Source: Dehalococcoidia bacterium
GTDB lineage: Bacteria; Chloroflexota; Dehalococcoidia; Lucifugimonadales; UBA3495
Direction of reading: 5' to 3'
NCBI GenBank assembly: GCA_965221025.1
Contig: CBDCRJ010000001.1
Location: 388,839-452,838 of the forward strand
Length of the DNA stretch: 64,000 bases
In this document: piece by piece, positions 33,003 to 41,025 of the stretch
How positions within the stretch are numbered: the stretch's first letter is position 1
Layout of the letters: each line of letters begins with the position of its first letter
Program-made: the position numbers and the translations under genes
Notes under the pieces: model-generated
What the model was told of the DNA's origin: nothing
What the model saw: the letters and a program-made list of their open reading frames with translations, nothing else
Database searches by the model: none

Positions 33003-35204
33003 CTAGTGCCGGAAGGCGCCGTCCCCGAAGGCTTTTCCTTCGGCGGTAATCAGCAGGTCGGGCCTCTGTCCCCAGCGTTTGAGGAAGCGGCCGAAATTCT
33101 TCCGGCTCAGCTCGTCTCGCTGATTATCGTCCAGTTCGGTCCACTGGCGATGTTCGTGGCGGACCAGCGGTAGAGACGAGTCGGCCACGACCCGGTAACC
33201 CTTGTCCTTGAACTGGAAGCAGTAATCGATGTCGAGGTTGCGGTAGAAGCGGAACACCTCTCGCATCAGACCGACAGTCCTGACAGACTCGCGGCGGAAG
33301 GCCATCATGTACGCCTGCATCGCGTCGGCGTCGCCCGATTCCACCTCTTCGTGGAAGTGCTGCATGTCGTCGGTGGTGAGGCCGTAGGGACCGAACACGC
33401 CGACCGTGGGGTCGCTCAGTTGGGCCGAGACCGGCCCCAGAATATCGCCGACGACTTCGGTGGAGCCGTCGATGATGATTACGTGTTCACCCCGGCTCTG
33501 CTTGATGCCGATGTTCTTACCGGCGGCGTCGCCGATAACGTGATCGCAGTGGACCACCCTGACATCGGCGTGCTGCCGTTCCAATTCTTCCAGCAGTTCA
33601 CCGGTGCCGTCGGTGGAACCGCTGTCGATGACGATGATCTCGGTGGAACGGTCTTTCGAATTTCGCAGGATGCCTTGGACGCAGCGGTCGACGTCCTCAG
33701 GGTACCCGTAGGCGTTCAGAATGAAGGTGAAATCGTACTCCGCCGGCCGGTCCAGCAGGGACTCCACTTCTCGGGAGGAAGAGACCGCCGTCCACTTGTC
33801 CAAGCGTTGCTCCATCGGCGTCTTGGGCCGCACCTGGGTGCCATCGGGCGCGTCCAGCACCACGTATCCATCAGCGGCCAGCCGGCTCCGCATCGAGTCG
33901 GCGTTCTCGTAGGTCTGTTGCCGCCGGAAAGAAGCCCGTTCCTCGACCCTCACGGCGATCTCTTCGCCCACGGTGTTGGCTGTAGGCGCTTGGCTCAGAT
34001 CCAAGCCGAACATCTCGTCAAATTCCAAGATCAGGTCCAGCTTGGCGCGCCCGGGCAACTCGGAGCGCGCCATCTCCCAAGTGAGAGCCACGGCGCCGGG
34101 GAGGTCCAGATCGCTATCGATGGCGTCCCAGAAGCGGCGCCGGAACAACTCGGTCTGTTCCGAATGGCCGTTGACCTCGGGTTCTTGGCTCCACAGCCAG
34201 ACTCTCTGGCGGAGCCCGGTTAGCGCCTTTTCCGCCCCCTTCAGCGAGTTGAAGGTGAAATTCATCCGGTGGCGGTAGAGGATGTTCAGGCACAGGTAGC
34301 GGAAGGACAACGGGTCAAAACCGCGCTCGATCAACTCCTCAATCAAAAAGACGTTGCCCGATGACTTGGCCATCTTGGCGCCGTCGGCCAGCAGGTGTTG
34401 ACCGTGGACCCAGTAGCGCACATGCTCTTCGCCGAAGGCAGCCTCGCTCTGGGCTATCTCGTCTTCATGGTGGGGGAAGATATTGTCGACCCCGCCGGTG
34501 TGGATGTCGAACTTCCGTCCCAGGTACTTGGAGGCCATAGCTGAACATTCGATATGCCAGCCAGGGAAGCCCGGCCCCCAAGGACTGTCCCACTTCAAGT
34601 CCCGCCCGGGCTCCGCGGCTTTCCAGAGGGTGAAGTCGCGGGGGTCGCGTTTTAGCGGGTCGGCCTCGGCCCGGACGCCTTCCAACAAATCGGCCCCGGT
34701 GTTGCGGGAAAGCTTGCCGTAGTCGGAGAAGCTGGGGACATCGTAGTATATATTGCCGCCGTTTTCGTAGGCGTGCCCGTCGGCCAGAAGGGTTTCGACG
34801 ATTGATACCATCTCCGGGATATGCTCGCTGGCCCAAGGGAACACGGAAGCGTCCAGGATGTTCAGGCGGGCCTCGTCGCGGTGGAACCGCCCGGCATACA
34901 TGGCGGCGATTTCCTGGACGGTCTTGCCTTCGGCCAGAGCCGCCAGAATCATCTTGTCCCCGCCGGTCTCCACCAACTCCTGGCGCATGTGACCCACGTC
35001 GGTGACGTTCTTGACGTGCTGTACCTCGAGGCCGTGGTGACGCAGAGCGCGACGCACCCAGTCGGCCATGAGGTAGGTCCTCAGGTTGCCGATGTGAGCG
35101 TCCCGGTAGACCGTGGGGCCGCAGGTATACATCCGGACGGTCCCCGGCTCCGACGGTTCGATCTCTTCAACGCGCTTCGACAGGGTGTTGTAGATGCGCA
35201 ACAA
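33003..35204 (-). CDS. cysS: Cysteine--tRNA ligase fused to a C-terminal family-2 glycosyltransferase domain
   Basis: HIGH (AHIGN), KMSKS (KMAKS), Zn ligands (TCGPT, HIECS, HHEDE) and a CysRS anticodon-binding/C-terminal region occupy residues 1 to about 470. Residues from about 480 to 733 are GT2-like (FILNAYGYPEDV...IIVIDSGSTDGT...GKNIGI...IIIDGS). TTG start with a GGGAGAGG RBS. Confidence 0.8.
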   Translation of the reverse strand: MLRIYNTLSKRVEEIEPSEPGTVRMYTCGPTVYRDAHIGNLRTYLMADWVRRALRHHGLEVQHVKNVTDVGHMRQELVETGGDKMILAALAEGKTVQEIAAMYAGRFHRDEARLNILDASVFPWASEHIPEMVSIVETLLADGHAYENGGNIYYDVPSFSDYGKLSRNTGADLLEGVRAEADPLKRDPRDFTLWKAAEPGRDLKWDSPWGPGFPGWHIECSAMASKYLGRKFDIHTGGVDNIFPHHEDEIAQSEAAFGEEHVRYWVHGQHLLADGAKMAKSSGNVFLIEELIERGFDPLSFRYLCLNILYRHRMNFTFNSLKGAEKALTGLRQRVWLWSQEPEVNGHSEQTELFRRRFWDAIDSDLDLPGAVALTWEMARSELPGRAKLDLILEFDEMFGLDLSQAPTANTVGEEIAVRVEERASFRRQQTYENADSMRSRLAADGYVVLDAPDGTQVRPKTPMEQRLDKWTAVSSSREVESLLDRPAEYDFTFILNAYGYPEDVDRCVQGILRNSKDRSTEIIVIDSGSTDGTGELLEELERQHADVRVVHCDHVIGDAAGKNIGIKQSRGEHVIIIDGSTEVVGDILGPVSAQLSDPTVGVFGPYGLTTDDMQHFHEEVESGDADAMQAYMMAFRRESVRTVGLMREVFRFYRNLDIDYCFQFKDKGYRVVADSSLPLVRHEHRQWTELDDNQRDELSRKNFGRFLKRWGQRPDLLITAEGKAFGDGAFRH

Positions 35205-35294
35205 TTTCTCGCCTCTCCCTGGGGAGTATGGCTAGTTTAGCACGTTTATTTCGTAGTCTGCATCACGGCGGCTACGGATTTCAACCGGGTGGTC

Positions 35295-35547
35295 TCACCG
35301 GCGGCGGCCAACTCCCTGACATGGTCGGGTGTCGTGGGATAAACTCGCCTGCGCAGGCGTAGGGCCTTCGCCTTGACTGAACGCCGGACCGTGGACGGCG
35401 CCCTGCTTTCCGATGTCGTATTTCCTCCCATCAGGCACATCAGCAGTCATCAACGCCTTGAACAACTTCCTGTGGTCCGGCTCCCGCAGATGCGACAATT
35501 CGTGAGCAATTTGGCGATATGCGGTCCGCCCTGGCTCACTCTCCGAT
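35295..35547 (-). pseudogene. Remnant resembling the HExxH end of a DUF45/M48-type metallohydrolase
   Basis: The minus-strand reading AYRQIAHELSHLREPDHRKLF matches the DUF45 HEL.HL.E.NH motif. There is no N-terminal two-thirds and downstream sequence is degenerate. It abuts the IS target duplication. Confidence 0.3.
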
Positions 35548-37037
35548 GTCGTTGTCCAGTGAAAATGTCAGTGCAAGTGTTCAATGATTATGTCAGTAGT
35601 CGTCTCCTCCAGGGGTGGTCGGGGGCGGGGTTCCTTGGGGAGCTAGCCCGGATCTTGGTTGGGGGGCGGGGTTCGACGCCCTGTAGGCTCTTCGCTCCGT
35701 TCCGTCGCTCAGCACCTACAGGGCGAGTGTGTGCGCCGTTAGAGCCACTACCTGGCAGGTCAGTAGGCGAGTGGCCGTTAGAGCGCCTGCCGTTGCGGGC
35801 CCTGAGGGTCACGGGTCCTGGAGGGGCCGGTTCCGATGCCAGGGTCCTGCCCCGGTAGGCCACGACGATGCTGCCGTCGAGCCGTTCCTGGACCTCGACT
35901 TGTACGCGAGCGTAGCTGGCCCTGTGCTCATCGGGCATGAGTTGCATGGTGGAGCCGTTGAAGTGCACGGTGTTGTCGTTTGCCACGGTGCGGATGTACT
36001 TGAAGCAGAGGACGGCATCGAGTCGGGCGCCGGGCGGCGGTTGGCGATATGCCGAGCCTGGCTGTGCCGCCTCCACACCGAACCGGGAGTTGAAGCGTGG
36101 CAGGAACTCGCAGAGCACCTCGTTGGCCTGCTCGATGGTCGAGACTCCGGCTAGCCTCATCTCAGAGACCAGCCGGTCCTGGAAGGTGCCCCAGACTCGC
36201 TCTATCCGTCCCTTCGCCTGCGGGGTGTGGGCCAGGACGAGACCGATGTCCAACTCCCTGAGGGCTCTGGCGAACTGCGTGGGGTCACGTCTGCCCCGGA
36301 GCTGTTCGGCGAGGCTCTCGGGCTCCTTGGGGGAGCGCTGGAAGATGCCGTGCCTGTCGCTGTACAGGCCCAGGGGGACACCGTGGCGCTCGATGACCTC
36401 CCTGAGCATCAGCAGGTAACCTTGGGCGTCCTCGTGCTGCCTGAACAGGGCGGCCGGGACCCTTCCGGTGGCGTCGTCCACGGCTCCGACCAACGTCAGG
36501 TAGGGGCCTCGCCCCTGGAGCCAGTCGTGCCGGCTGCCATCGACCTGAAGCAGCATCCCTTCCTGCGGGTAGCGCTCCCGCCGGCTGTACCGTCTGGAGG
36601 CTCGCCTAGGACGCGGACTCCGCACGCCAGCCGCCAGCAGTATCCTCCTGACCGTCGAGCGTGACAGGTCGATCCCCTCTCGCTCCGAGAGCATCTCGGT
36701 CAGATGGGTGTGGTTGAGCCCTGCGTAGGGGCCTTCGGCCAACTCCCTGACCCTCTGTCGTGTAGGTGTGTCCGTGGTCGTCGACGGCCTCCTCCCCCTG
36801 TTGCCGTGAGCTATGGCAGATGCTCCCTCCTTCCTGTAGGCTGCCAGCAGTCGCCACACATGGCGCTCGCTCACTCCCATCAACTGTGCCGCAACTCCCA
36901 TAGTCACCCCTCCTGCGGTCACTCCGTTCAACACTTGTATCCTTGCCTGCTCTCTCGTCGTCAACGTCAGTCCTTCCATAGACTGACATTTTCATTGAAC
37001 AGTTAGACCCTGACATAATCATTGAACATCTACACCA
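35548..37037 (-). mobile_element. ISNCY-family insertion sequence (IS1202 group) with a 16-bp target-site duplication
   Basis: The 1,490-bp element is flanked by the direct repeat TGGCTCACTCTCCGAT (35532-35547 and 37038-37053). Each end carries two copies of TTCAATGAWWATGTCAG in inverted orientation: 35557-35571 and 35577-35596 versus 36982-36999 and 37010-37027. Confidence 0.8.
35588..36979 (-). CDS. ISNCY (IS1202-group) DDE transposase
   Basis: HTH N-terminus (LTTREQARIQVLNGV...MGVSERHVWRLL) followed by LLQVDGSRHDWL, LGLYSDRHGIF and QAKGRIERVWGTFQDRLVSEMRLAG, which is the ISNCY/IS481-like integrase-core pattern. Confidence 0.8.
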   Translation of the reverse strand: MEGLTLTTREQARIQVLNGVTAGGVTMGVAAQLMGVSERHVWRLLAAYRKEGASAIAHGNRGRRPSTTTDTPTRQRVRELAEGPYAGLNHTHLTEMLSEREGIDLSRSTVRRILLAAGVRSPRPRRASRRYSRRERYPQEGMLLQVDGSRHDWLQGRGPYLTLVGAVDDATGRVPAALFRQHEDAQGYLLMLREVIERHGVPLGLYSDRHGIFQRSPKEPESLAEQLRGRRDPTQFARALRELDIGLVLAHTPQAKGRIERVWGTFQDRLVSEMRLAGVSTIEQANEVLCEFLPRFNSRFGVEAAQPGSAYRQPPPGARLDAVLCFKYIRTVANDNTVHFNGSTMQLMPDEHRASYARVQVEVQERLDGSIVVAYRGRTLASEPAPPGPVTLRARNGRRSNGHSPTDLPGSGSNGAHTRPVGAERRNGAKSLQGVEPRPPTKIRASSPRNPAPDHPWRRRLLT

Positions 37038-37111
37038 TGGCTCACTCTCCGATTGACAAGCCACTTCAGTTAGTCATACGATTAGCTAAGTTTGTCTTCA
37101 AGGGGCCGGCG

Positions 37112-37378
37112 ATGACGACGGTGAACGTCCACGAAGCGAAGACCAACCTGTCCCGCCTGCTGGCGCGAGTCGAGGCCGGCGAGGAGGTAATCATCGCCCG
37201 CAACGCTAAGCCCGTCGCCCGGCTGGTGTCCGTCGAAAAGCGCCGCCAGCGGCAATTCGGCTCCATGAAAGGCTTGATCTCCATAGATGAACGCTTCTTT
37301 GAGGCCCTGCCAGAGGAAGAACTTGCCGCTTGGGAGGGTGAATGTAAGTGCGACTATTGCTCGACTCCCATGCGTTAA
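37112..37378 (+). CDS. Phd/YefM-type antitoxin
   Basis: MTTVNVHEAKTNLSRLLARVEAGEEVIIARNAKPVARLV. I chose the ATG at 37112. The ORF overlaps the vapC start. Confidence 0.75.
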   Translation: MTTVNVHEAKTNLSRLLARVEAGEEVIIARNAKPVARLVSVEKRRQRQFGSMKGLISIDERFFEALPEEELAAWEGECKCDYCSTPMR

Positions 37379-37734
37379 TCTGTTGGTTCGCCGGAGACCG
37401 CCAGTTGTCGGTCCCGGCTCAACGGGCGATAGAAGACGAACAGAACGACATATTGATCAGCGCGGTGTCGGCTTGGGAGATTGCTACCAAGTATCGCCTT
37501 GGCAAACTGCCGGAAGCGGAGGCGCTGGCCCTCGACATTACCGGGGCGATAGCCAGCCAAGACTTCGAGGAACTGCCGTTAACCATTGAGGACGGCGCCC
37601 GCGCCGGCTCCCTGCCCGGTCCACACCGAGACCCTTTCGACCGAATGCTCATCGCCCAGGCGTTGTCGCGTGACTTGACGCTCGTTTCCATTGAACCGCA
37701 TTTCGATAACTATGGGGTGCGGCGCTTGTGGTAA
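37348..37734 (+). CDS. vapC: PIN-domain toxin VapC
   Basis: GTG start. LLLDSHALICW...SAVSAWEIATK...DPFDRMLIAQA shows the four-acidic-residue PIN pattern. Confidence 0.85.
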   Translation: MRLLLDSHALICWFAGDRQLSVPAQRAIEDEQNDILISAVSAWEIATKYRLGKLPEAEALALDITGAIASQDFEELPLTIEDGARAGSLPGPHRDPFDRMLIAQALSRDLTLVSIEPHFDNYGVRRLW

Positions 37735-37828
37735 GCCAGCTCCCAGCCGCTAAAAGAACCAATCTCTTTCCCCAAGTATTTCAATTATGTCCGGTTTAGC
37801 GGGCTATTGGCGCAGCGGTCAGTTTAGC

Positions 37829-37975
37829 GCTTTCTCCAGGTTGGAAAGATATTCGGCGAAGCCGCGGCGTCCCGTCGGCGTCGCCTGTACCCAGGCAAGG
37901 CTTGGAGTCCTGGAACTCTTTCATGATGACCAGATAACCAGCGTCTTCGAGCTTTCGCAAGTGGGTGGGGTGAAA
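37829..37975 (-). pseudogene. Remnant of a winged-helix transcriptional regulator
   Basis: The minus strand reads ...HLRKLEDAGYLVIMKEFQDSKP and then, after a frameshift, WVQATPTGRRGFAEYLSNLEKALN*. There is no N-terminal part. Confidence 0.3.
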
Positions 37976-38055
37976 TGAGCGGTAATGAGAGGGGAATCGA
38001 ATAATCCGGACTCCCCTCCTCTTTGTCAGCGTTGCCGACCTCCGGGAGTGATCCG

Positions 38056-39093
38056 CTACTCCGGTTGGTCGACTCTTACTACACGGCCGGAGTGGGCCGA
38101 TTCTATGGCGGCGGCGGTTGCCAGCGCCGATTTTAGGCCGTCGAGTCCGGTGGCGCGGGGTTCCCGGTCTTCCTCTACTGCTTGGGCGAAGTCCTCCAGC
38201 TCGTCAACGAAATTCGCCAGGTAGTCGTATTCATAGGTCTCGGTGCGGTTGATGCTGGCGCTCACCACCTCGGCCCGTCCCAAGCGGCCTTCCCAGATGG
38301 TCTCTTTGCCAGCGATTCGGCCGTCGGAACCGTAGATGGCGAAGTCGTTCTGGGTGTCGGGCAGCATCCGGCCGCACATGACGGTGGCAATGGTCCCGCC
38401 GGTCAAACGCAGAGAGATCGCCGCGATGTGTTCCAAGGGTTGTTGCCCGGTCTGGCCGTCGGTCAGGGCGATAACCTCGGTAATCTCCTCTTGGAGCAGG
38501 AACCGGAAGAGGTCGAAGACGTGTACGCCCAAGCCCACCAAAACCGAAGCGCCGCCCATAAGTTCGGGCTGTTCCCACCAAGCCCGGAGGCCGGTCCGGG
38601 GCAGGTGCTCCGGCGCGCCGCGTTCCCCGCGCCCCCATTGGCCGTGGGCCAACCGGATGCGTCCAATGGCCCCGTCGGCGACGAGTTCCCGGGCGAGTAG
38701 ATGGGCGGGGTGAAACCGCAATTCGAAGCCGATTCCCAGCTTCACGTCGTTCTGTAAGCAGGCCTTGACCATGCCGGCCGCGTCGTTCACGCTGGTGGCC
38801 ATCGGCTTTTCGGTCACCACATGCTTCCCGGCCTTGGCGGCCTGCACGGTCTGGGAGGCATGGAGAGAATTGGGCGACGCGATGAAGACGGCCTCCACCC
38901 GCCGGTCGGCCAGCAGGCTGCCCAAGTCGCTGTATGACGCCTTGGCCCCGTGGGTCTCGGCGAAGGCGTCGGCCCGCCCTTGATCGCGGCTGTAGACCGC
39001 CACCAGCTCGGCCCCACGCGCCACACCCATCGCCGGGGCGATCTTCAGGTGGGCGTGGCTGCCAATTCCAACAATACCCCAACCCAAGGACAA
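38056..39093 (-). CDS. Gfo/Idh/MocA-family NAD(P)-dependent oxidoreductase
   Basis: The N-terminal Rossmann fold WGIVGIGSHA... and EKPMA motif. TTG start preceded by AAGGAG. Confidence 0.85.
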   Translation of the reverse strand: MSLGWGIVGIGSHAHLKIAPAMGVARGAELVAVYSRDQGRADAFAETHGAKASYSDLGSLLADRRVEAVFIASPNSLHASQTVQAAKAGKHVVTEKPMATSVNDAAGMVKACLQNDVKLGIGFELRFHPAHLLARELVADGAIGRIRLAHGQWGRGERGAPEHLPRTGLRAWWEQPELMGGASVLVGLGVHVFDLFRFLLQEEITEVIALTDGQTGQQPLEHIAAISLRLTGGTIATVMCGRMLPDTQNDFAIYGSDGRIAGKETIWEGRLGRAEVVSASINRTETYEYDYLANFVDELEDFAQAVEEDREPRATGLDGLKSALATAAAIESAHSGRVVRVDQPE

Positions 39094-39106
39094 AGTGCTG
39101 CTCCTT

Positions 39107-39173
39107 TTTTACCGCAGAGAGAAGGGAGAGCGCAGAGATTCTTTTGGTTTTCTCTACGGACTCTGCGGTTAAA
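39107..39173. repeat. CAGAG palindromic intergenic element, copy b
   Basis: TTTTACCGCAGAG-AGAAGGGAGAGCGCAGAGATTC...TCTCTACGGA-CTCTGCGGTTAAA. The perfect 9-bp arms are at 39111-39119 and 39161-39169. The element fills the gap between the FAD-oxidoreductase stop and the RBS of the Gfo-family gene. Confidence 0.8.
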
Positions 39174-40290
39174 CGTTCGACGCGAACCGCTCTGGTGAGA
39201 AACCGGCGATGGGAATAGGCGTCTCGCCGGTGGTGATCAGGTCGGCGATGGACTTGCCGATGGCGGGCGCCAGCAGGATGCCTTTCTTGCCAGCGCCGGT
39301 GGCTAGGTAGATGTTCTCGTTTCCCGGGACCGGGCCCAGAAGGGGCAGCCAGTCGGGCGTTACCGGCCGGAGGCAGGCGGTGTGTTCAACCACCCTTGCC
39401 GCTGCCAGGTCGGAGACCAGACTGGTTGCCCGCTCCAGGAGCCACCGTTTGGTCTCTTGTAGCGGCTGGCGGTCGAATCCGCGCCAGTCCTCGGTGGTGC
39501 CGCACCAGACGAGGCCGTCGGGCTTGGGGTACAGGCTCCCGCCGCCGCCGGAAATGTCGTGCCGCAACGGCTGGCCGGGAATCGCCAAGCGCAGAATCTC
39601 GCCCTTGAGCGGGTCGACGGGGATGTAGACTCCCAGCCACGGCTCGGCCACGCGCGACCAAGGTCCGGTGGCGAGAACCACCCGTCCGCATTCCAGCGTG
39701 CCGTCGTCGAGCAGAACGCGGACGCCGCTTCCGCCGTTGACTTCGATCCCCGTCACCTTGCCCTCTCGCAGGGCGGAGCCGGCAGACCGGGCGGCGGACT
39801 CCAGCGCCTGGGTAAAACGGAGGCTGTCCAAGGCGTTGTTACCGTATTGGTACACGCCGCCAATGGCGTTGCGAGTGATCCGTGGTTCCAAGCGTTGCAC
39901 TTCTTCGGCGTCCAGCCAACGGCCCTCGAACCCCCCTGCGGCTGAGAAGAGATCTATCGTTTCCTGGAGTTCCGGAAACTCGACCTCGTCGAAGGCCAAC
40001 TTGATTTGGGAGACGGTACGCAGTTGGTAATCGATGCCCGTCCGGTTGCTCAGCGGCCCAGCTAAACGCAAGTGCATTCGAAAAGACTCCCAGGCGAAGG
40101 CGCCGAGGGGTCCGGGAATCCCGGCGCCTTGGAGCGGGTTGAGCCCGCCGGCGGCGTACCCCGACGCTTGGCTGCCCACACCCTCTCGCTCGATGATGGT
40201 CGCCTTCACTCCGGCTTCGGCCAAGTAGTAGGCGACCGCGCACCCGGCGGCCCCGCCGCCGATTATGGCAACGTCGGTAGTTTCTGCCAT
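39169..40290 (-). CDS. FAD-dependent oxidoreductase (DAO/glycine-oxidase family)
   Basis: DVAIIGGGAAGCAVAYYLAE dinucleotide fold, 373 aa. Confidence 0.8.
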   Translation of the reverse strand: MAETTDVAIIGGGAAGCAVAYYLAEAGVKATIIEREGVGSQASGYAAGGLNPLQGAGIPGPLGAFAWESFRMHLRLAGPLSNRTGIDYQLRTVSQIKLAFDEVEFPELQETIDLFSAAGGFEGRWLDAEEVQRLEPRITRNAIGGVYQYGNNALDSLRFTQALESAARSAGSALREGKVTGIEVNGGSGVRVLLDDGTLECGRVVLATGPWSRVAEPWLGVYIPVDPLKGEILRLAIPGQPLRHDISGGGGSLYPKPDGLVWCGTTEDWRGFDRQPLQETKRWLLERATSLVSDLAAARVVEHTACLRPVTPDWLPLLGPVPGNENIYLATGAGKKGILLAPAIGKSIADLITTGETPIPIAGFSPERFASNV

Positions 40291-40379
40291 GTATTCTGTC
40301 TCATCAGGTCCGCAATGACTCGGGGCGGACGGTGGCGGTAGAATATAATCAATCGACTATTGGACTCCCGGAGGTCTCC

Positions 40380-40610
40380 ATGCCAATCTACGAATACTAC
40401 TGCTCTCAATGTGAGCGCGATTTCGAGGTCATACGCTCGGTGTCCCAGTCTGGTGAGCCGGCCCCATGTACGGAGTGCGGGACGCCTGCGGAGCGTCAGC
40501 TTTCCAACTTCGCCTTCAAGTCCAACACCTTTACGGCCCCCAAATTCAAGGCGTCTCTGGAGAAGCCGTTGCGTTCGCGCAGCCAAGACCCGACGCCCGG
40601 TTCTTCTTAG
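40380..40610 (+). CDS. FmdB-family zinc-ribbon protein
   Basis: MPIYEYYCSQCERDFEV...CTECG. ATG at 40380. Confidence 0.75.
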   Translation: MPIYEYYCSQCERDFEVIRSVSQSGEPAPCTECGTPAERQLSNFAFKSNTFTAPKFKASLEKPLRSRSQDPTPGSS

Positions 40611-40951
40611 CCCTCCCCTTGGGCGGTTTGGGCCCGGGCTGTATTGCAAATGATGCAGGTGCAGGCCGCGCGCAAAACCTTGTAGGTGTAGATGCCGGTG
40701 TAGTGGGTATCGGTCCAGAGGAACTGCACCCCGTAATTGCCGACCGGCAATTGGTCGATTGCCTTAACCTCCTGAGGGACCGAGTCCGGGTCCAGCGTGG
40801 GCCGTCCCGTCATCTCGTCTATGCAGGTCGCGCAGGGACAGCGCAACCGCAGGTACCGGTGAGGGAAGGGGCTGCGGTGCCCGTCGTCCCAAAGGATTAC
40901 CACGGCGTTGTCTTCCAGGCTGATTTCTTGAGGAAAAACCGGCTCTTCCAT
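40607..40951 (-). CDS. DUF971-family protein
   Basis: ILWDDGHRSPFPHRYLRLRCPCATC matches the DUF971 pattern as I remember it. Confidence 0.7.
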   Translation of the reverse strand: MEEPVFPQEISLEDNAVVILWDDGHRSPFPHRYLRLRCPCATCIDEMTGRPTLDPDSVPQEVKAIDQLPVGNYGVQFLWTDTHYTGIYTYKVLRAACTCIICNTARAQTAQGEG

Positions 40952-40957
40952 AAATTA

Positions 40958-41025
40958 TTCACCGCACAGGGCACAGAGAACACAGAGATTAATAATTTTT
41001 TCTCTTCGTTCCCTGGGGTTAAATC
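40958..41025. repeat. CAGAG palindromic intergenic element, copy c
   Basis: TTCACCGCACAGGGCACAGAGAACACAGAGATTA...TCTCTTCGTTCCCTGGGGTTAAATC. It begins 7 nt upstream of the DUF971 start and ends at the TPP-enzyme stop. Confidence 0.7.

Noticed and set aside
33003-35204. Interpreting the CysRS-like part as an MshC-type ligase (mycothiol pathway).
   Set aside because: The ORF retains the CysRS anticodon-binding and C-terminal regions that MshC-type paralogs lack, so it looks like a genuine tRNA synthetase. The thiol-glycoside idea is kept only as speculation in the findings.
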